A stretch of DNA of 64,000 bases, taken from the NCBI GenBank assembly GCA_964270895.1, contig OZ185441.1; one strand, written 5' to 3'. Position numbers and translations under genes: made by a program. This document shows positions 13,128 through 25,584 of this stretch, in pieces. Origin of the DNA: Podarcis filfolensis. Taxonomy: Eukaryota. Positions within the stretch are counted from its first letter, which is position 1. Each line of letters begins with the position of its first letter. The notes under the pieces were generated by a model. The model did not search any database. It was not told the DNA's origin and saw nothing but the letters and a program-made list of their open reading frames with translations.

Positions 13128-13265
13128 GCTGTGTAGCTTCCATAGTAAACAACAATAATAACTTATTAATTAGTGTAAAATGTTCAGTCAAAAGAGCTGT
13201 GTAGCTTCCATAGTAAACAACAATAATAGCTTATTAATTAGTGTAAAATGTTCAGTCAAAAGAGC
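13128..13265. repeat. 68-bp tandem duplication (2 copies)
   Basis: gctgtgtagcttccatagtaaacaacaataat…gttcagtcaaaaga at 13128 and 13196, with 1 mismatch. Confidence 0.95.
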
Positions 13266-14535
13266 ATTTTTTCACAGTAAAATCAGCCAGTGGCACACTT
13301 ACAAGCAAAGCTAGCAATGCTACAGCAAACAACGTCCACTATTTTAAAAAGAGGTTTAGGAAAACAATGTATTCATGAGCCAAATTAGATCTGTCTATAT
13401 GCTGGTCAGTCATTGAGTGTTCCCATTTTAAAAGTTTTAGCTCGAGAACGAGTTGTGCATTAAGTAAAGCCAAAATTCACACAGCTGAAATGACATACTG
13501 ATAACTAACCAAGACAAGATTCTCGATTTGATGGCCTTTGGCCTGTGACAGCATGGTGGCTCTTTTTATCTTCCACTTTCCCTGGGGTGCAGTAAAAGAA
13601 AGAGAAGGACTCTTAGAGAGGACCTCGCTACACAATCAGTCAAAGCATGCCTGGCCACATTTTAACCTTTGCGCAACATGCCCATAAATTCCTTTTCAAT
13701 GACAATGGTATGAGATCCCAGACATAAATAACCAGCAAGAGGAATAGCCTTAGTGGGGAAGAGAAAACCTCACAATATAGACAAGCTGCCCTTCTTCCAT
13801 TCTAACAGGAAAAACAAGTATCTAGCAAAACTAGTACCTGAGCTTGTTATTTTCTTTCTCCCTCCACTTTCCTTTTTCTTTTCACACTTTTTAGCTTGCA
13901 AGTCTGTGGGCAGAGGCCATCTTGTTGATCACAGGAAGCCTCTGAAGAAGCCCTTTTTTAATGGAAGGATGGTAAAATAGTAAAATAAAAGTGAATGTGG
14001 ATTTAGCAGCATCACTTGCCACAGCACTGCCAGACTCCTGACATCCACTTGCAGAGAGGTGCAAGGGGACAAACCACATATTGGCAGCACAGGTAGAGCA
14101 GCCAAAAGTATTTTTTTTAAGTGTATGAATACATGATGATGGGTAAGGTTCTTTTTGTATGACTTTTAAAACTATTCTTGTTTTTATGATAGGTTTGCAA
14201 ATCACCATGACAAACATGGAAAAGGCGATTCATAAATCCCAAAATCACCACCATCCTTGCCAGCATCTCCTGTTCCTCCTTGTCACCACCACTGTTGTCG
14301 AGGGCAGAGCAAGAAGCAAGTGAGCCAACCAAGCAGGTGGTGATGGTGAAGAGGAAGACTGGATCCCCTGTGGTGGTGGGGCCCCTCAGAAGAGGACCAA
14401 CCGTGCTGGGCCAGGATGCTAACCCAGAGGCAGTCGATTGTTTGAAAAAGGGACAGTACTTCAGAGGGCTGAGCATTCCCTAGCTGGACTTGGCCAGAAA
14501 CTAGGGTGCAACTGTTAGGAGAACTGTCCCGCTCA

Positions 14536-14692
14536 CATCCATTTTAAACACATGGTTTCCCCCCAAAGAATCCCGGGAGCTGCAGTTCACCCCTCACACA
14601 ACTACAGTTCCCAACACCTTTAACAAACTACCATTCCTAGGATTCTTTTGGGGAAGCCATGTGTGTTAAATGTGCTTTAAATATGTAGTGCA
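14536..14692. mobile_element. Palindromic MITE (putative hAT-derived)
   Basis: Imperfect inverted structure ttttaaacacatggtttcccccaaagaatcc…ggattcttttggggaagccatgtg…tttaaa. A related copy lies at ~58963-59065. Confidence 0.55.
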
Positions 14693-17510
14693 AATGTGAG
14701 CTTCTGGGGATCTGCCACCTGCTCAAGGAGGTTCTGTGTCTTTCAGATTGAATTCTTGTAAACACATCAAATATTGCAAGGATGCTCTATGTCCACAATA
14801 TTCACTCATCCAAAGGAAACTAATCTTGCTGGTGCTGCCCCTGGATTTTCTAGAGAGTTGTCCCAGATCTTCACAGCTCTTCTCTGTACCATCTGTCTGC
14901 ATTTTGCAAACATTCTAAATGTTATTTTTACAGCCCCTCTTCTCTTGGGCTCAGTCTTATCCGTGTTATCCCTGATTATATTCCTGATGTTCCATCGCCT
15001 GCCCACCGTCTGCTGAACAATCTGATTGCCAGTATTACTGTCTCAGTGAACATTGAGAATTGGCCCTGGAAAGTCTAATTAAAAGATCCTAAGAGTTTCT
15101 GGTGACAATCTGTCAAGTGATATAAATCCGGCCAAAAGTTCTCAAGTCACTGATGAAGGTCTGACTTTCTGAACAACTGTGGAGCAACCTGCAATAGCTA
15201 AAATGCAAAAACAATGAAAGGTTGCATTCTGTAATAAACTGTTATCCTTCTATTTTTAGAGGAACTGGCGCCCCATTCATTTTTAGTAACGATTGCACCA
15301 CTGATAATATGTGTTAGGATAATCCCTCTCTCACATGCTAACCAAACAATGAATTAAAACGGGTGTCACCAACAACTCAGCCCCAAGAAGCACCGCCTTT
15401 TCCAAATGATTTTTGCTGGTTTAATATGTGTTCATATATCAACCTTTGATGTGCGTCGATAGTGATATATCGTGCTTCCAATGTTTATTTTTGCAAGGCG
15501 CCTGGGGGGATGGTTGCTATGGCTGGGGACGATGGAAGTTGTAGTCTAAAACACCAGGTTGGTGAAGGCTGCTTTAAGATAACAGTTGCAGCTTAATGCA
15601 TGTACCTTTAGATGATTTATTGGGTTGGATCCAGATTAAGGGCTCTTCCACACTTCTACTTGTGCTGTGCCTAAAAAAGCATGGGTCTGGGGGGAGTTCC
15701 ATTTTACCTGTACTTTCTTCAAGCAGTTTTCTCCTGAGCCTGCTCCTTCCCAAGGGACAATCTGCTCTTTAGCCAGTGGTGGACTTTGGGCTTTCACATT
15801 TCAGCGGCGCCCCGAGTGGTGCCAAAATTTGGTGCCTCCTACCTCTCACCCTCCATGTTATATCTTTGTTGTGGTCCCCCTGCAGCATCCTCTTGGTTGG
15901 GCACCCAGTGCGGGTGAACCAGTCACACTCTCCTAAATCTGCCTCTGCTTTAGCAACAGATCAGAACAAATGGCAATCCAGGGAAAACCCAAATTGCCAG
16001 TTGCTCCAGTTGAGCGCTAAAGAGTGGCATTTCCTGGGGGAAAGCAGCAGGACAAGAGGCAGTGTGGATAAGACCTTAGGCATGCATCAGTTTGTCTGCT
16101 ACCACTACGTATTACATTTATATGCCATCCTTCTTCCTTTGCATTTCAACTGAAACAAACGGCTGAATGCTATGAAAACTAATGCTGTGAAAGATCTGTG
16201 CCTACGATCCTGGATCGCTGCTGCCAGTCAGAGTAGACAATATTGAAACAAGTGGGCAGATAGCTTGAGTTGGTCTAAGGCAGCCTCTGATATGTGTGCT
16301 CTGGCTCTTCAATGAATGCACGGAGCAGAACACGGGACCTTCATGGGACCTGTCAAGGCAAACTTCACAAAACCACCATAAATGATCCAGTGAGCCAGAT
16401 GCTGCCTAATAAACAAGTTCACAAATTTTTGAAAACTGACCATGTCCAAGCGTTTGATAGGCTTGTCCACTGCGGTCTCATGGAGGGTTGTCTATTTTTG
16501 GAAAATGGAGCAACTTAGATAAAAAGCTATGAAATGAATTGTGGGCCACATAAAAAGGTACATCTATGGCTGTGAAGCATGGAATCTGAGCAATCTAAAG
16601 TTAGTTTATTTGGGCCTCCTGAAAAGCACAATCGGGGAATTGATAGGCGTGTTTGTCCATTAAAACTAGATTGGCACAATACAGCATCACAGCACAAAGA
16701 ATCCCAATATAGAGCTGTCCTGAGATGCTTTTGCATTGCTCTAACGAAAATATTATACATGGCAGGCCGGCACAATTATGCATAACTTCAGAGTGACATC
16801 AACGAAGGATGCACTATTAAGTTTTTATAAGTGGTGATCTATAAAAATGTCCTGCTGACCAAGGATGACATTGAATAAGTGTGCTTATCAAACTTTGTAT
16901 GACTTCAACATTTAAATAAACACACCAGCAGGACAGTATGCATACTTACCAGATGTGATAAATACTTGAACTAATATAAACAATGCACATCGGTGCATAT
17001 AATCTTTTTTTCTGAACTCAGTCTGTCCGAGTGTGAAAAAGCAAGGATGTTAAGTGGCAGCAAGGGCAGAGGGCATTGGAAAGGGCAAGATTTCATTTTG
17101 ACAACTAGAAGAGCCCCTGTGACTTTTGTGAAAAATGGAGGGTGGTCCATTAATTCACAAATTCATCCTGAAATTATTTGCCTCTGGGAAATTTGTGGAC
17201 ACTTCCTACAGACTGGGATAGATGGGGTGGAGGTAGGCACTTAAGTCATGATTAGGGTGCTTCAGGGAAAGGTTGGGTTTGTTTTAGGAGAACCTTGTAG
17301 GTTGCTGTGCAGTTCCCCTGAAGTTGCAAACCCTTCACTCCCGTTGCTTTGGGTCTTCTGTCTCTGTCTACTCTCATCTAGCTGTGGGTGCAATCACATT
17401 GACATTGTGCATCAATGGAGGAGGGAAGACCTTGAATCACCCTGACTTGCCTCACTGTGATCATCATAAAGCTGATACACATTCCTAGCATTTACCGCAA
17501 GGGCTGCTAC

Positions 17511-17620
17511 AGGAACAGAGGAAGCTGTGTTATACTAAGCCAGGCTATTTGCCCATCTAGCCTAGAGATGCCGACTCTGACTGGCAGCAGCTCTCCATGG
17601 TTTCTGGCAGAGGACTGTCT
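17511..17620 (-). mobile_element. tRNA-derived SINE 3' part (Squam3-like)
   Basis: Reverse complement matches the 3' half of the SINE at 61114-61320. A further fragment lies at ~16195-16290 (+). Confidence 0.5.
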
Positions 17621-19941
17621 TTCAAGTGACGTTGCCCCTTGTGCATCAAGAGAATGAAGGTTTTCTAAATATTTAATCTCATGATGGGGTCTGAATCATC
17701 AGGTATCCTTCTGATTTATATTGGTGAAATAACTGGAAATATAGATGCGCTATTCTTGAAAGACTTAATGAATAGAAATGTCCCTATTGGGGGGAGGGGA
17801 ACAAAATTGCATGAGCCATGATCCTTCCCTGAGGCCTTGGTGCCTACCTGTAGAGGGATTCCTAAACCCAGAGCTTTCCATCCTTCCTTCACTTGGAATG
17901 CACATATGGATGCATGCAGCACGATAGGCTATTAGAACACACATTCACACACAATATATACTGAACATTTAAAACTTTTTAATGTGACCCAAAATGATAT
18001 GCTAACAAAAATAAAAGTATTTTACGAAATCACATCTCTCAGTTGCTTACATTCGCAGCTCTAAACTGAGTGTGTCCAAGAAGCACAACAACTAGTTGCA
18101 AAGCTTATTAAATGCCCCAAAATGAATAAGTGTCTAGATCCTAGGTCTCTTTTTAGCTCAACCAAAGCCAAATGGCCCTTCCTGACCCATCAGGTTCGCT
18201 CTGTTCCTAAGTTCCTATCCTGTTCCTCTGGTCAAGTAAGTTACAAGCTTCAAAGCTTGTTGAGCCTGAAGGGAAAGCTTATATGTGGAAGGAAATTTCA
18301 CATAAGCCTTGCACTTTCTGTGTGAGTGCCCCAAGAGCTGGGGAGGAGACAAACAGGGATTTGCAATGATCTTCAGAGGCCTCTGTATTCGTAGGTGCTG
18401 AACCCAAAAGGTGAAGCTTGAGTTCCCTTGTTATTGAGCTGACATCTCATTTCAGTGTTTTATTCTTTTATTCCTCCCTCTCAGTGGTGAAGCTGTCAGG
18501 AGTTGCAGGGGGTTGAAGACTGACTACTATTTCTGCAGCAGGGTCCTTGTATCTAGTGTCCTAGAGCTGCCCAATCAGCATTAAATGAGATCTTTTCAGC
18601 CAGTGTATGCACCAAAGCTAAGCATTTAGGAACACTGGAAACACAGGGCACTTTGGTTTCAAGAGAATGATAAGCAAGTTCTGTTACCTACAATGATACT
18701 TCAAGGAAAACACAACTTCAGTCATTCCAAAAGAAGCTCTTGGGGCCCTGCAAATCATTTACCGGTGTATGTGCACAGAATATGGTAGATCTAGCTGATC
18801 GCTACATTATTACAATGCATTCCTAATCATTATTATTGTATAATGATAAGATTATTGTATAACCATAGAAAGTTGTATCATCTCAAAATGGGTGTGGCTG
18901 TGAGGGTGTATCATGAAGGACCCTGCCTTTCTGAATCCTCCACTTTCCCCCTCAGAAAAGCACTAGGTATCTCCACATGAGACAAATAATTACCAATGAA
19001 TTCAATGCCCGATAACTTAATATGAGATAAATATTTAGTTTGAAAAATCTAATCTGACTGGCTTCAGCCATTCAGTTTCTTCCTAGCATTCTTCGACAAG
19101 ACATTTATTCTATCACAGTCCTCCAGTCTTAAATCCTGAGCTGATTGTACTTTTTTTGGTGGGGGATATATACTCAGTACCAATCAGCTGTAGTTTCCAT
19201 GGTTTCCCTCTATTATACAAATTGCTGTATGAGTTCCAGACCCATTGTGTTGACCTTGATCCAAGGGTAAACACAGCTGGCAAAAAAAGTAACATTTATT
19301 CATTTGATTTAAAACAGAAACAGCTTGAAACAGGTACTTCTTAGGTGAAGAGAAATAGAATATGTTAAACTAATATTTGCACACTTGTAGGAAGTAGGAG
19401 GTCAATGCAATAACCACTTGTTCCTGTTACTATTTATAATGTAAATAGTCAATGACTTGTCCTCTCTGACTCCTGGGGTTGGTTTTTTTTACAGAGAGAG
19501 TATTTTGACTGAAATATTCAAGGATCCTTAAGGCAGGACGATGATGTCCACATTCCCAAAAAGTAGAAATGCATTACCTAAAAAAAAGGAAGGACACATG
19601 AGGGCACACGTTTGCCTAGAAAATTAGTATGCTAATTTATATAGCAAGATGAGGAATAATTAGTCTAAATAGAAATGCAATACATCTCATATTCCCCATA
19701 GTAGGGAAGACTGATCAGGTGTGGTGGGTGTCTGCTCATTCTGCTGCTCAGGTGGTAATTGTTGATGGGCAACATCACGGCCTTTCTTCTCCTTTCTTGT
19801 GGTTCCTTATTGTCGAACCAGACTTGGACCAAACAGTTTTTCAAAGAGAGGACTCCTTGAAATAGTAGATCGTCCTTTGTAAAGTTATACATAGCCAAAG
19901 TGTTACTATGTGGCTGGTCACCATTACCTGCAAAGTCTCCT

Positions 19942-19958
19942 GGTGCCACCTGGTGGTA
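19942..19958 (-). promoter_or_regulatory. CTCF-binding motif candidate
   Basis: Minus strand reads TACCACCAGGTGGCACC, close to the CTCF core CCAC/GYAGG/ATGGCA/GS. Motif match only. Confidence 0.45.
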
Positions 19959-20275
19959 CACAGATTATCTCACTGACTATTTTAGCCTCTTCTAAGTTAT
20001 CTTACACAGTCTGTTGACCAGGCCTGTCCCAGTACCCACCCCTCCTCCTGCATGAGACAAATAGGTCTGAGAATCACTGCTTTAGAGAAAAACTGAAATG
20101 CTATTTTTTATGTTGCTAGGTAAACCTTTCTGACAGAGTCTGTGTCATTCTCCTCAGGTGTTCTCAAAGACTCATAAGAGTCTCGGGCAATTGTTAACTC
20201 TTGGATCCACTTAAGTGCGTGGTGTTCCATATGTCTTGGAGCACTTTGGATCACTTCACATTTGAGAGTGTACAA

Positions 20276-22775
20276 AGAATCATAGAATCTTAGAGTAGAG
20301 AGGGTACCCCAAGCGTCATCTAGTCCAACCCCCCACAATGCAGGAATTTCAGCTAAAGCATCCATGACAGATGGCCATCCAACCTCTGTTTTAAAACCTC
20401 CAAGGAAGGAGACTCCACCGCCTCTTGTGGGAGTCTGTTCCACTGCCTTACAGTTAGAAAGTGTTTTCGAATGTTCAGTCAGAATCTCCTTTCTTGTAAC
20501 TTGGTTTGAGTCCTACTCTCCAGTGCAGGAGAAAACAAGCATGCTCCCTCTTCCATGTGACAGTCCTTAAGATATTTGAAGATGCCTATCATATCTCCTC
20601 TCAGTCTCCTCTTTTTCAGGCTAAGCATACCCAGCTCCTTCAACTGCTCCTCATAAGGCTTAGTTTCCAGGCCCTTGATCATCTTGGTTGCCCTCCTCTG
20701 CACACATTCCAGCATTGGAAACAGTATTCCAAGTTGGTCTGACTAAGGCATAATAGAGTAGTACTATTACTTCCCTTGATCTGGACACTATACTTCTGTT
20801 GATGGAGCNNNNNNNNNNNNNNNNNNNNNNNNNNNNNNNNNNNNNNNNNNNNNNNNNNNNNNNNNNNNNNNNNNNNNNNNNNNNNNNNNNNNNNNNNNNN
20901 NNNNNNNNNNNNNNNNNNNNNNNNNNNNNNNNNNNNNNNNNNGACTCATGTTAAGCTTGTGGTCCACCAAGACCCCTAGATCCTTTTCACATGTACTGCT
21001 AGTAAGTCAGGTATCCCCCATCCTATATTTGTGCATCTGGTTCTTCCTGCCTAAGTGCAGAACCTTACATGTGTCCCTATTGAAATTCATTTTGTTAGCT
21101 TGCACCCAGTAGTTCTCCAATCTGTTAAGGTCATTTTGAATTCTGATTCTGCCTTCTGTGGCATTAGCTACCCCTCCCAGTTTTGTGTCATCTGCAAATT
21201 TGATGAGCATCCCCTCAATTCCTTCATCCAAATCATGTATAAAGACATTGAACAACAACAGGCCCAGGACAGAAGAACCCTGCAGCACCCGACTTGTCAC
21301 TGTTTTCCAGGATGACGATGAACCATCAATGAGTACTCTTTGGGTTCAGTCAATCAACAAGCTACAAATCCACCTAACAGTTACCTCACTCAACCCACAT
21401 TTTACCAGCTTTCTCGTGAGTATATCATGGGAAACTTTGTCAAAAGCCTTATGGAAATCAAGGTACATTGTGTTCACAGCATTTCCCTGATCCACCAAGT
21501 TTTTAATTCCATCAAAAAGGAAATCAGATTGGTCTGGCATGACTTATTTTTGAGAAACCCATGCTGGATCTTAGTAATCACAGCATCCTTTTCTAAATGC
21601 TCACAGACTGACTGTTGAATTATCTGTTCTAGGACCTTCCCTGGTATCAATGCCAAGTTCAATGGTCGGTAGTTACTTGGGTCTTCCTATTTCCTCTTTT
21701 TGAAGATGGGGACAATATTTTCACACCTCCAGTCTGTAGGGACCCCACCTGTTCTCCAAGAATTCTCAAAGACAACAGACAAAGGCCCTGAAATCACATC
21801 CACAAGCTCCTTTAGTACCCTTGGATCAGGCCCTGGAGATCTGGATTTATTTAAAATAGCTATGTGTTCCTTTACTACCACTTTTCCTATTTTGGGCTGC
21901 AGTTCCCTCCGTACATCATTTATTCTATTATCACCAGGTTGGGCATCACTTTTCTTTTGAGTGAAGACAGAGGCAAAGTAGTTATTGAGTAGTTCCACCT
22001 TTTCTCTGTCACCCAATAGCATTTCTCTGTGTTCCCCATGCAGAAGGCCTAATACTTGCTTGTTCTTCCTCTTACTTTGCACATAGCTGAAGAAACTCTT
22101 TTTATTATTTTTAACCTCTCTTGCAAGCCTGAGCTCATTCTGAGCTTTAGCTAGCCCAATTTCCCCCCTACAACTGTTGGCTACTTGTGTATACTCCTCC
22201 TTTGTGATTTCCCCTTTCTTCCATTTCTTATACATGTCCTGCTTAACTCTCAGCTCATCTGTAAGCTTCTTATGCAGCCACACCAGTTTCCTTAGATGCC
22301 TCCCACTTTTCTTTCTTGTTGGTATTGTCTACATTTGGTTCTTCAATATTTCTCCTTTTAGAAACTCCCATGCTTCTTGGACTCCCTTCTCATCGGGTAT
22401 TTCTGACCATGAGATCACACCCAGTAGCTTTTTCAGCTTTTCGAAATTGGCCTTCTTAAAGTCCAGAGTGCGTGTCCGACTTCCTCAGTTTTCCCTCGCT
22501 TTTGTATCCTGAAACCTAGAAGAACATGATCAATTCCTCCCAAGTTTCCAAGTACTTCCACTTCATCAGTCAGTTCCTCCCTATTGATGAGGACCAGGTC
22601 CAAGATAGATGATCCCTTTGTTGGTTCTTCCACCTTCTGGGAAATGAAATCGTCAGCAAGGCAATGGAGGAATTCGTCAGAACTTGTACTCTTGGCAGAG
22701 TGTGAGTCCCAACAGATATCGGGGAAGTTGAAGTCCCCCATGATTACTACTGTATTTCTCTCCTTTTTAAATGTT
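20276..22775 (-). mobile_element. CR1 LINE, 5'-truncated, with frameshifted ORF2
   Basis: 3' tail (ATTCTATGATTCT) at 20276. ORF2 fragments include endonuclease (VVIMGDFNFPDICW…ILDLVL…DHVLL), tether (KNNKKSFFSYVQSKRK), RT (YLDFHKAFDKVSH; QGS.VLG..LFN; LIKFADDTKLGG) and C-terminus (LECVQRRATKMIKGLE). Confidence 0.93.
20809..20942. other. Assembly gap (134 N) inside CR1
   Basis: Run of N. Confidence 1.
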
Positions 22776-23130
22776 TGGTGGAGGAGAATCTTGAGAGTCC
22801 CGTGGACTGCAAGAAGACCAAACCTAGCCATTCTGAAGGAAATCAGCCCTGAATGCTCAGTGGAAGGACAGATCCTGAAGCTGAGACTCCAATACTTTGG
22901 CCACCTCATGAGAAGAGAAGACTCTCTGGAAAAGACCCTGATGTTGGGAAAGATGGAGGGCACAAGGAGAAGGGGATGACAGACGACGAGATGGTTGGAT
23001 AGTGTTCTTGAAGCTACCAGCATGAGTTTGACCAAACTGCGGGAGGCAGTGGAAGACAGGAGTGCCTGGCGTGCTCTGGTCCATGGGGTCACAAAGAGTC
23101 GGACACGACTAAACGACTAAACAACAACAA
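22776..23130 (+). mobile_element. RTE-BovB LINE 3' end
   Basis: Peptide WWRRILRVPWTARRPNLAILKEISPECSVEGQILKLRLQYFGHLMRREDSLEKTLMLGK. 3' end ggggtcacaaagagtcggacacgactaaacgactaaacaacaacaa. Confidence 0.92.
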
Positions 23131-23857
23131 TCTGCCCATAGCAATTGTCACAACTTTGGCAGTTTTAGGTCTTGGGTGGAATCCTTTAGTCTATCAAAAG
23201 AAGGGTGAGGTGGTGACGATACCAGTGTTCCCTGTTAAAGGGGTTTTTGAGGGAAGTCTCTGGCCTCATGCGCTCAGTAGGCAGTCATTGAACTTCCCAC
23301 AACAGTGCCAAGGGGGGCTAGCTGTGTAAACACAAGTTTTGCAGTGTCCCCTCATATTCCAATTGACCCTGCTTTGCCTCAGACCCCTAGCAGGGGGCTG
23401 AGAGGTATACACCCAATGCCAAGGTTTCCTACATCTGAAATTAAATAAAGTTGTGGACATTTTAATTCTGAATTTGTTGCCATGCATATTCATTGATAGA
23501 GGTCAGGCTCCTGGAAGGAGGGGGCTGCGATTGGGCATGCAATAAAATATTTTGATCACATTCTCAGCTTGGACAATTGCCACATTTGAAAGAAACAGGA
23601 TAACTTATCCCCAGACAGATGTGCACCCACATCATATGTAAACCCTAGTATTCCATGGTACATTATCATTCCACAATAGTTTTCTTTCTCCAAAAGACTA
23701 CCAGTTCCACGTGCAGGGCCAGCTAGACAGGCAGAACTTTGTAGTTTGTCTTGGATGTGGCAATGGTGTCAGGAGGAGGAATTTGTATTTGTTAGGCAGT
23801 GGGGAACATTCTGGAACAAGCTGGGCCTGTACAAAACAGCCACTTTCATGTTTAACT

Positions 23858-24035
23858 GAGCCTCTTGGGCTTGCCAATCAGGTCAGCGGTTCAAATCCTT
23901 GTGAAGGGGTGAGCTCCTGTTGCTTTGTCCGAGCTCCTGCCAACCTAGCAGTTCGAAAGCACACCAGTGCAAGTAGATAAATAGGTACCGCTGTGGTGGG
24001 AAAGTAAAAGGTGTTTCCGTGCACTCTGGTTTCCA
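23858..24035 (+). mobile_element. Sauria SINE, older truncated copy
   Basis: ggtgagctcc…cctgccaacctagcagttcgaaagca…gcaagtagataaataggtaccg, shared with the copies at 44.5 and 46.9 kb. Confidence 0.8.
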
Positions 24036-24699
24036 TTAAAAATTTACATGGTTTTTATTGTACTGTACATTGATACTTTTCTTGTAAACTTGCTTGATAT
24101 TTTGGGGGCTATAGTGGTATTTTTTTATATATAAATAAATAGAAAATATAAACTGTTCAGAGATCTTCATATATTATTATTATTAAATTTGTTATTCACT
24201 TTATCTTACCCAAGGCAACCCAAAGTGACTTCCAGCCAACCATATATACAATATATATTTCAGCTAGATGTATACAAATACAAAGTGTATAACACTGTGG
24301 AAATATAATGATGCTGTTTATTCAGACTAAATCACATGGCTTTCAAAGTTAGACCCATATTTATATTTGTGCTCCTACACATTAGGGATCCATTTCGTTT
24401 GCTTCTATCTCTGAGGGCTCTGCATTTTTCACACAGGTGGCCTTTGTACCACATTATGGTACAAAAATAATCTAAAATGTATTTTAGTGCAATGTAATGA
24501 CTCATTGCTACTTCTGTTTATTTTGCAATCGTGTCACAATTAATATATTAGCAGAAGCGGAAACACATGTGTAGTTTAATAGAAATAATATGACATGGAA
24601 AGTTTTAAGAATAAAGTCAGTTTAAGTGCAAGATCCAGTTAAAGATGCAGTTAATAATCCTTAGTTCTCACTTCAGGTATGGCTACGTGTGAATTCTCA

Positions 24700-24702
<3 letters not shown>

Positions 24703-24768
<66 letters not shown>

Positions 24769-24770
24769 AC
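24703..24770. repeat. Compound microsatellite (TC)n(AC)n
   Basis: Seen directly. Confidence 0.95.
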
Positions 24771-25249
24771 TCTACTTGAGTTTGGCATTACGTGAGACCC
24801 TACAATCCTAGATCAAAAAGCCTATGCAGATATTGCAATTGTGTATGTTAATTGTAAGAATGAGGATGTGAAATGCCACCACAGCTCACCAGCAAATCAT
24901 GTATACTTTTGAGATCACTAAGAGAAGTTTGATACAGAAACCAGGTTCTCAGAGTGATTTTAGGAGAGCAATTCAACTTCACTTCTACAGTTCACAGAAT
25001 TTCTGGGTCCAGGTATAAAACTTTTTGAGGAAATATTGCTGGACAGTCATGCCATCAGCTTTGGGACTACATTGAGATGTAAAGGTATTGGATTGTTAGC
25101 TGACCTATTTGTAAGCCTTGCTCACTTTTTGGTGTATTTTAAATGAACTGGTAGTTGTTGGATTCTTATTGTGTCAGTTTACAGTGATAACCTTTATTAT
25201 GATTATGTAATATTATAATAGGGCCATTTTATATTATAATATAAATTAT

Positions 25250-25538
25250 AATAGGGCCATCGTTCTGCCCAGACACTGAGGTCCAGCGCCGAGGGCCTTC
25301 TGGTGGTTCGCTCGCTGCGAGAAGCTAAGTTACAAGGAACCACGCAGAGGACCTTCTCCCACCCTGTGGAACACCCTCCCACCAGATGTCAAAGAGAAAA
25401 ATAACTACCAAACTTTTAGAAGACATCTGAAGGCAGCCCTGTTTAGGGAAGCTTTTAATGTTATTGTATTTTAGTGTTTTGTTGGAAGCCGCCCAGAGTG
25501 GTTGGGGAAACCCAGCCAGATGGGTGGGGTATAAATAA

Positions 25539-25583
<45 letters not shown>
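25250..25583 (+). mobile_element. L2 LINE 3' end with (TTA)n tail
   Basis: …gaagacatctgaaggcagccctgtttagggaagctttt…ggaagccgcccagagtgg…gggtataaataaa(tta)n. Confidence 0.75.

Positions 25584-25584
<1 letters not shown>

Noticed and set aside
14117-14483. GC-balanced block with ORFs on both strands
   Set aside because: No recognisable protein family. It is kept only as part of the speculative two-exon model.
20108-23092. Multiple 60-219 aa ORFs
   Set aside because: They are fragments or antisense frames of decayed CR1 and BovB, not host genes.
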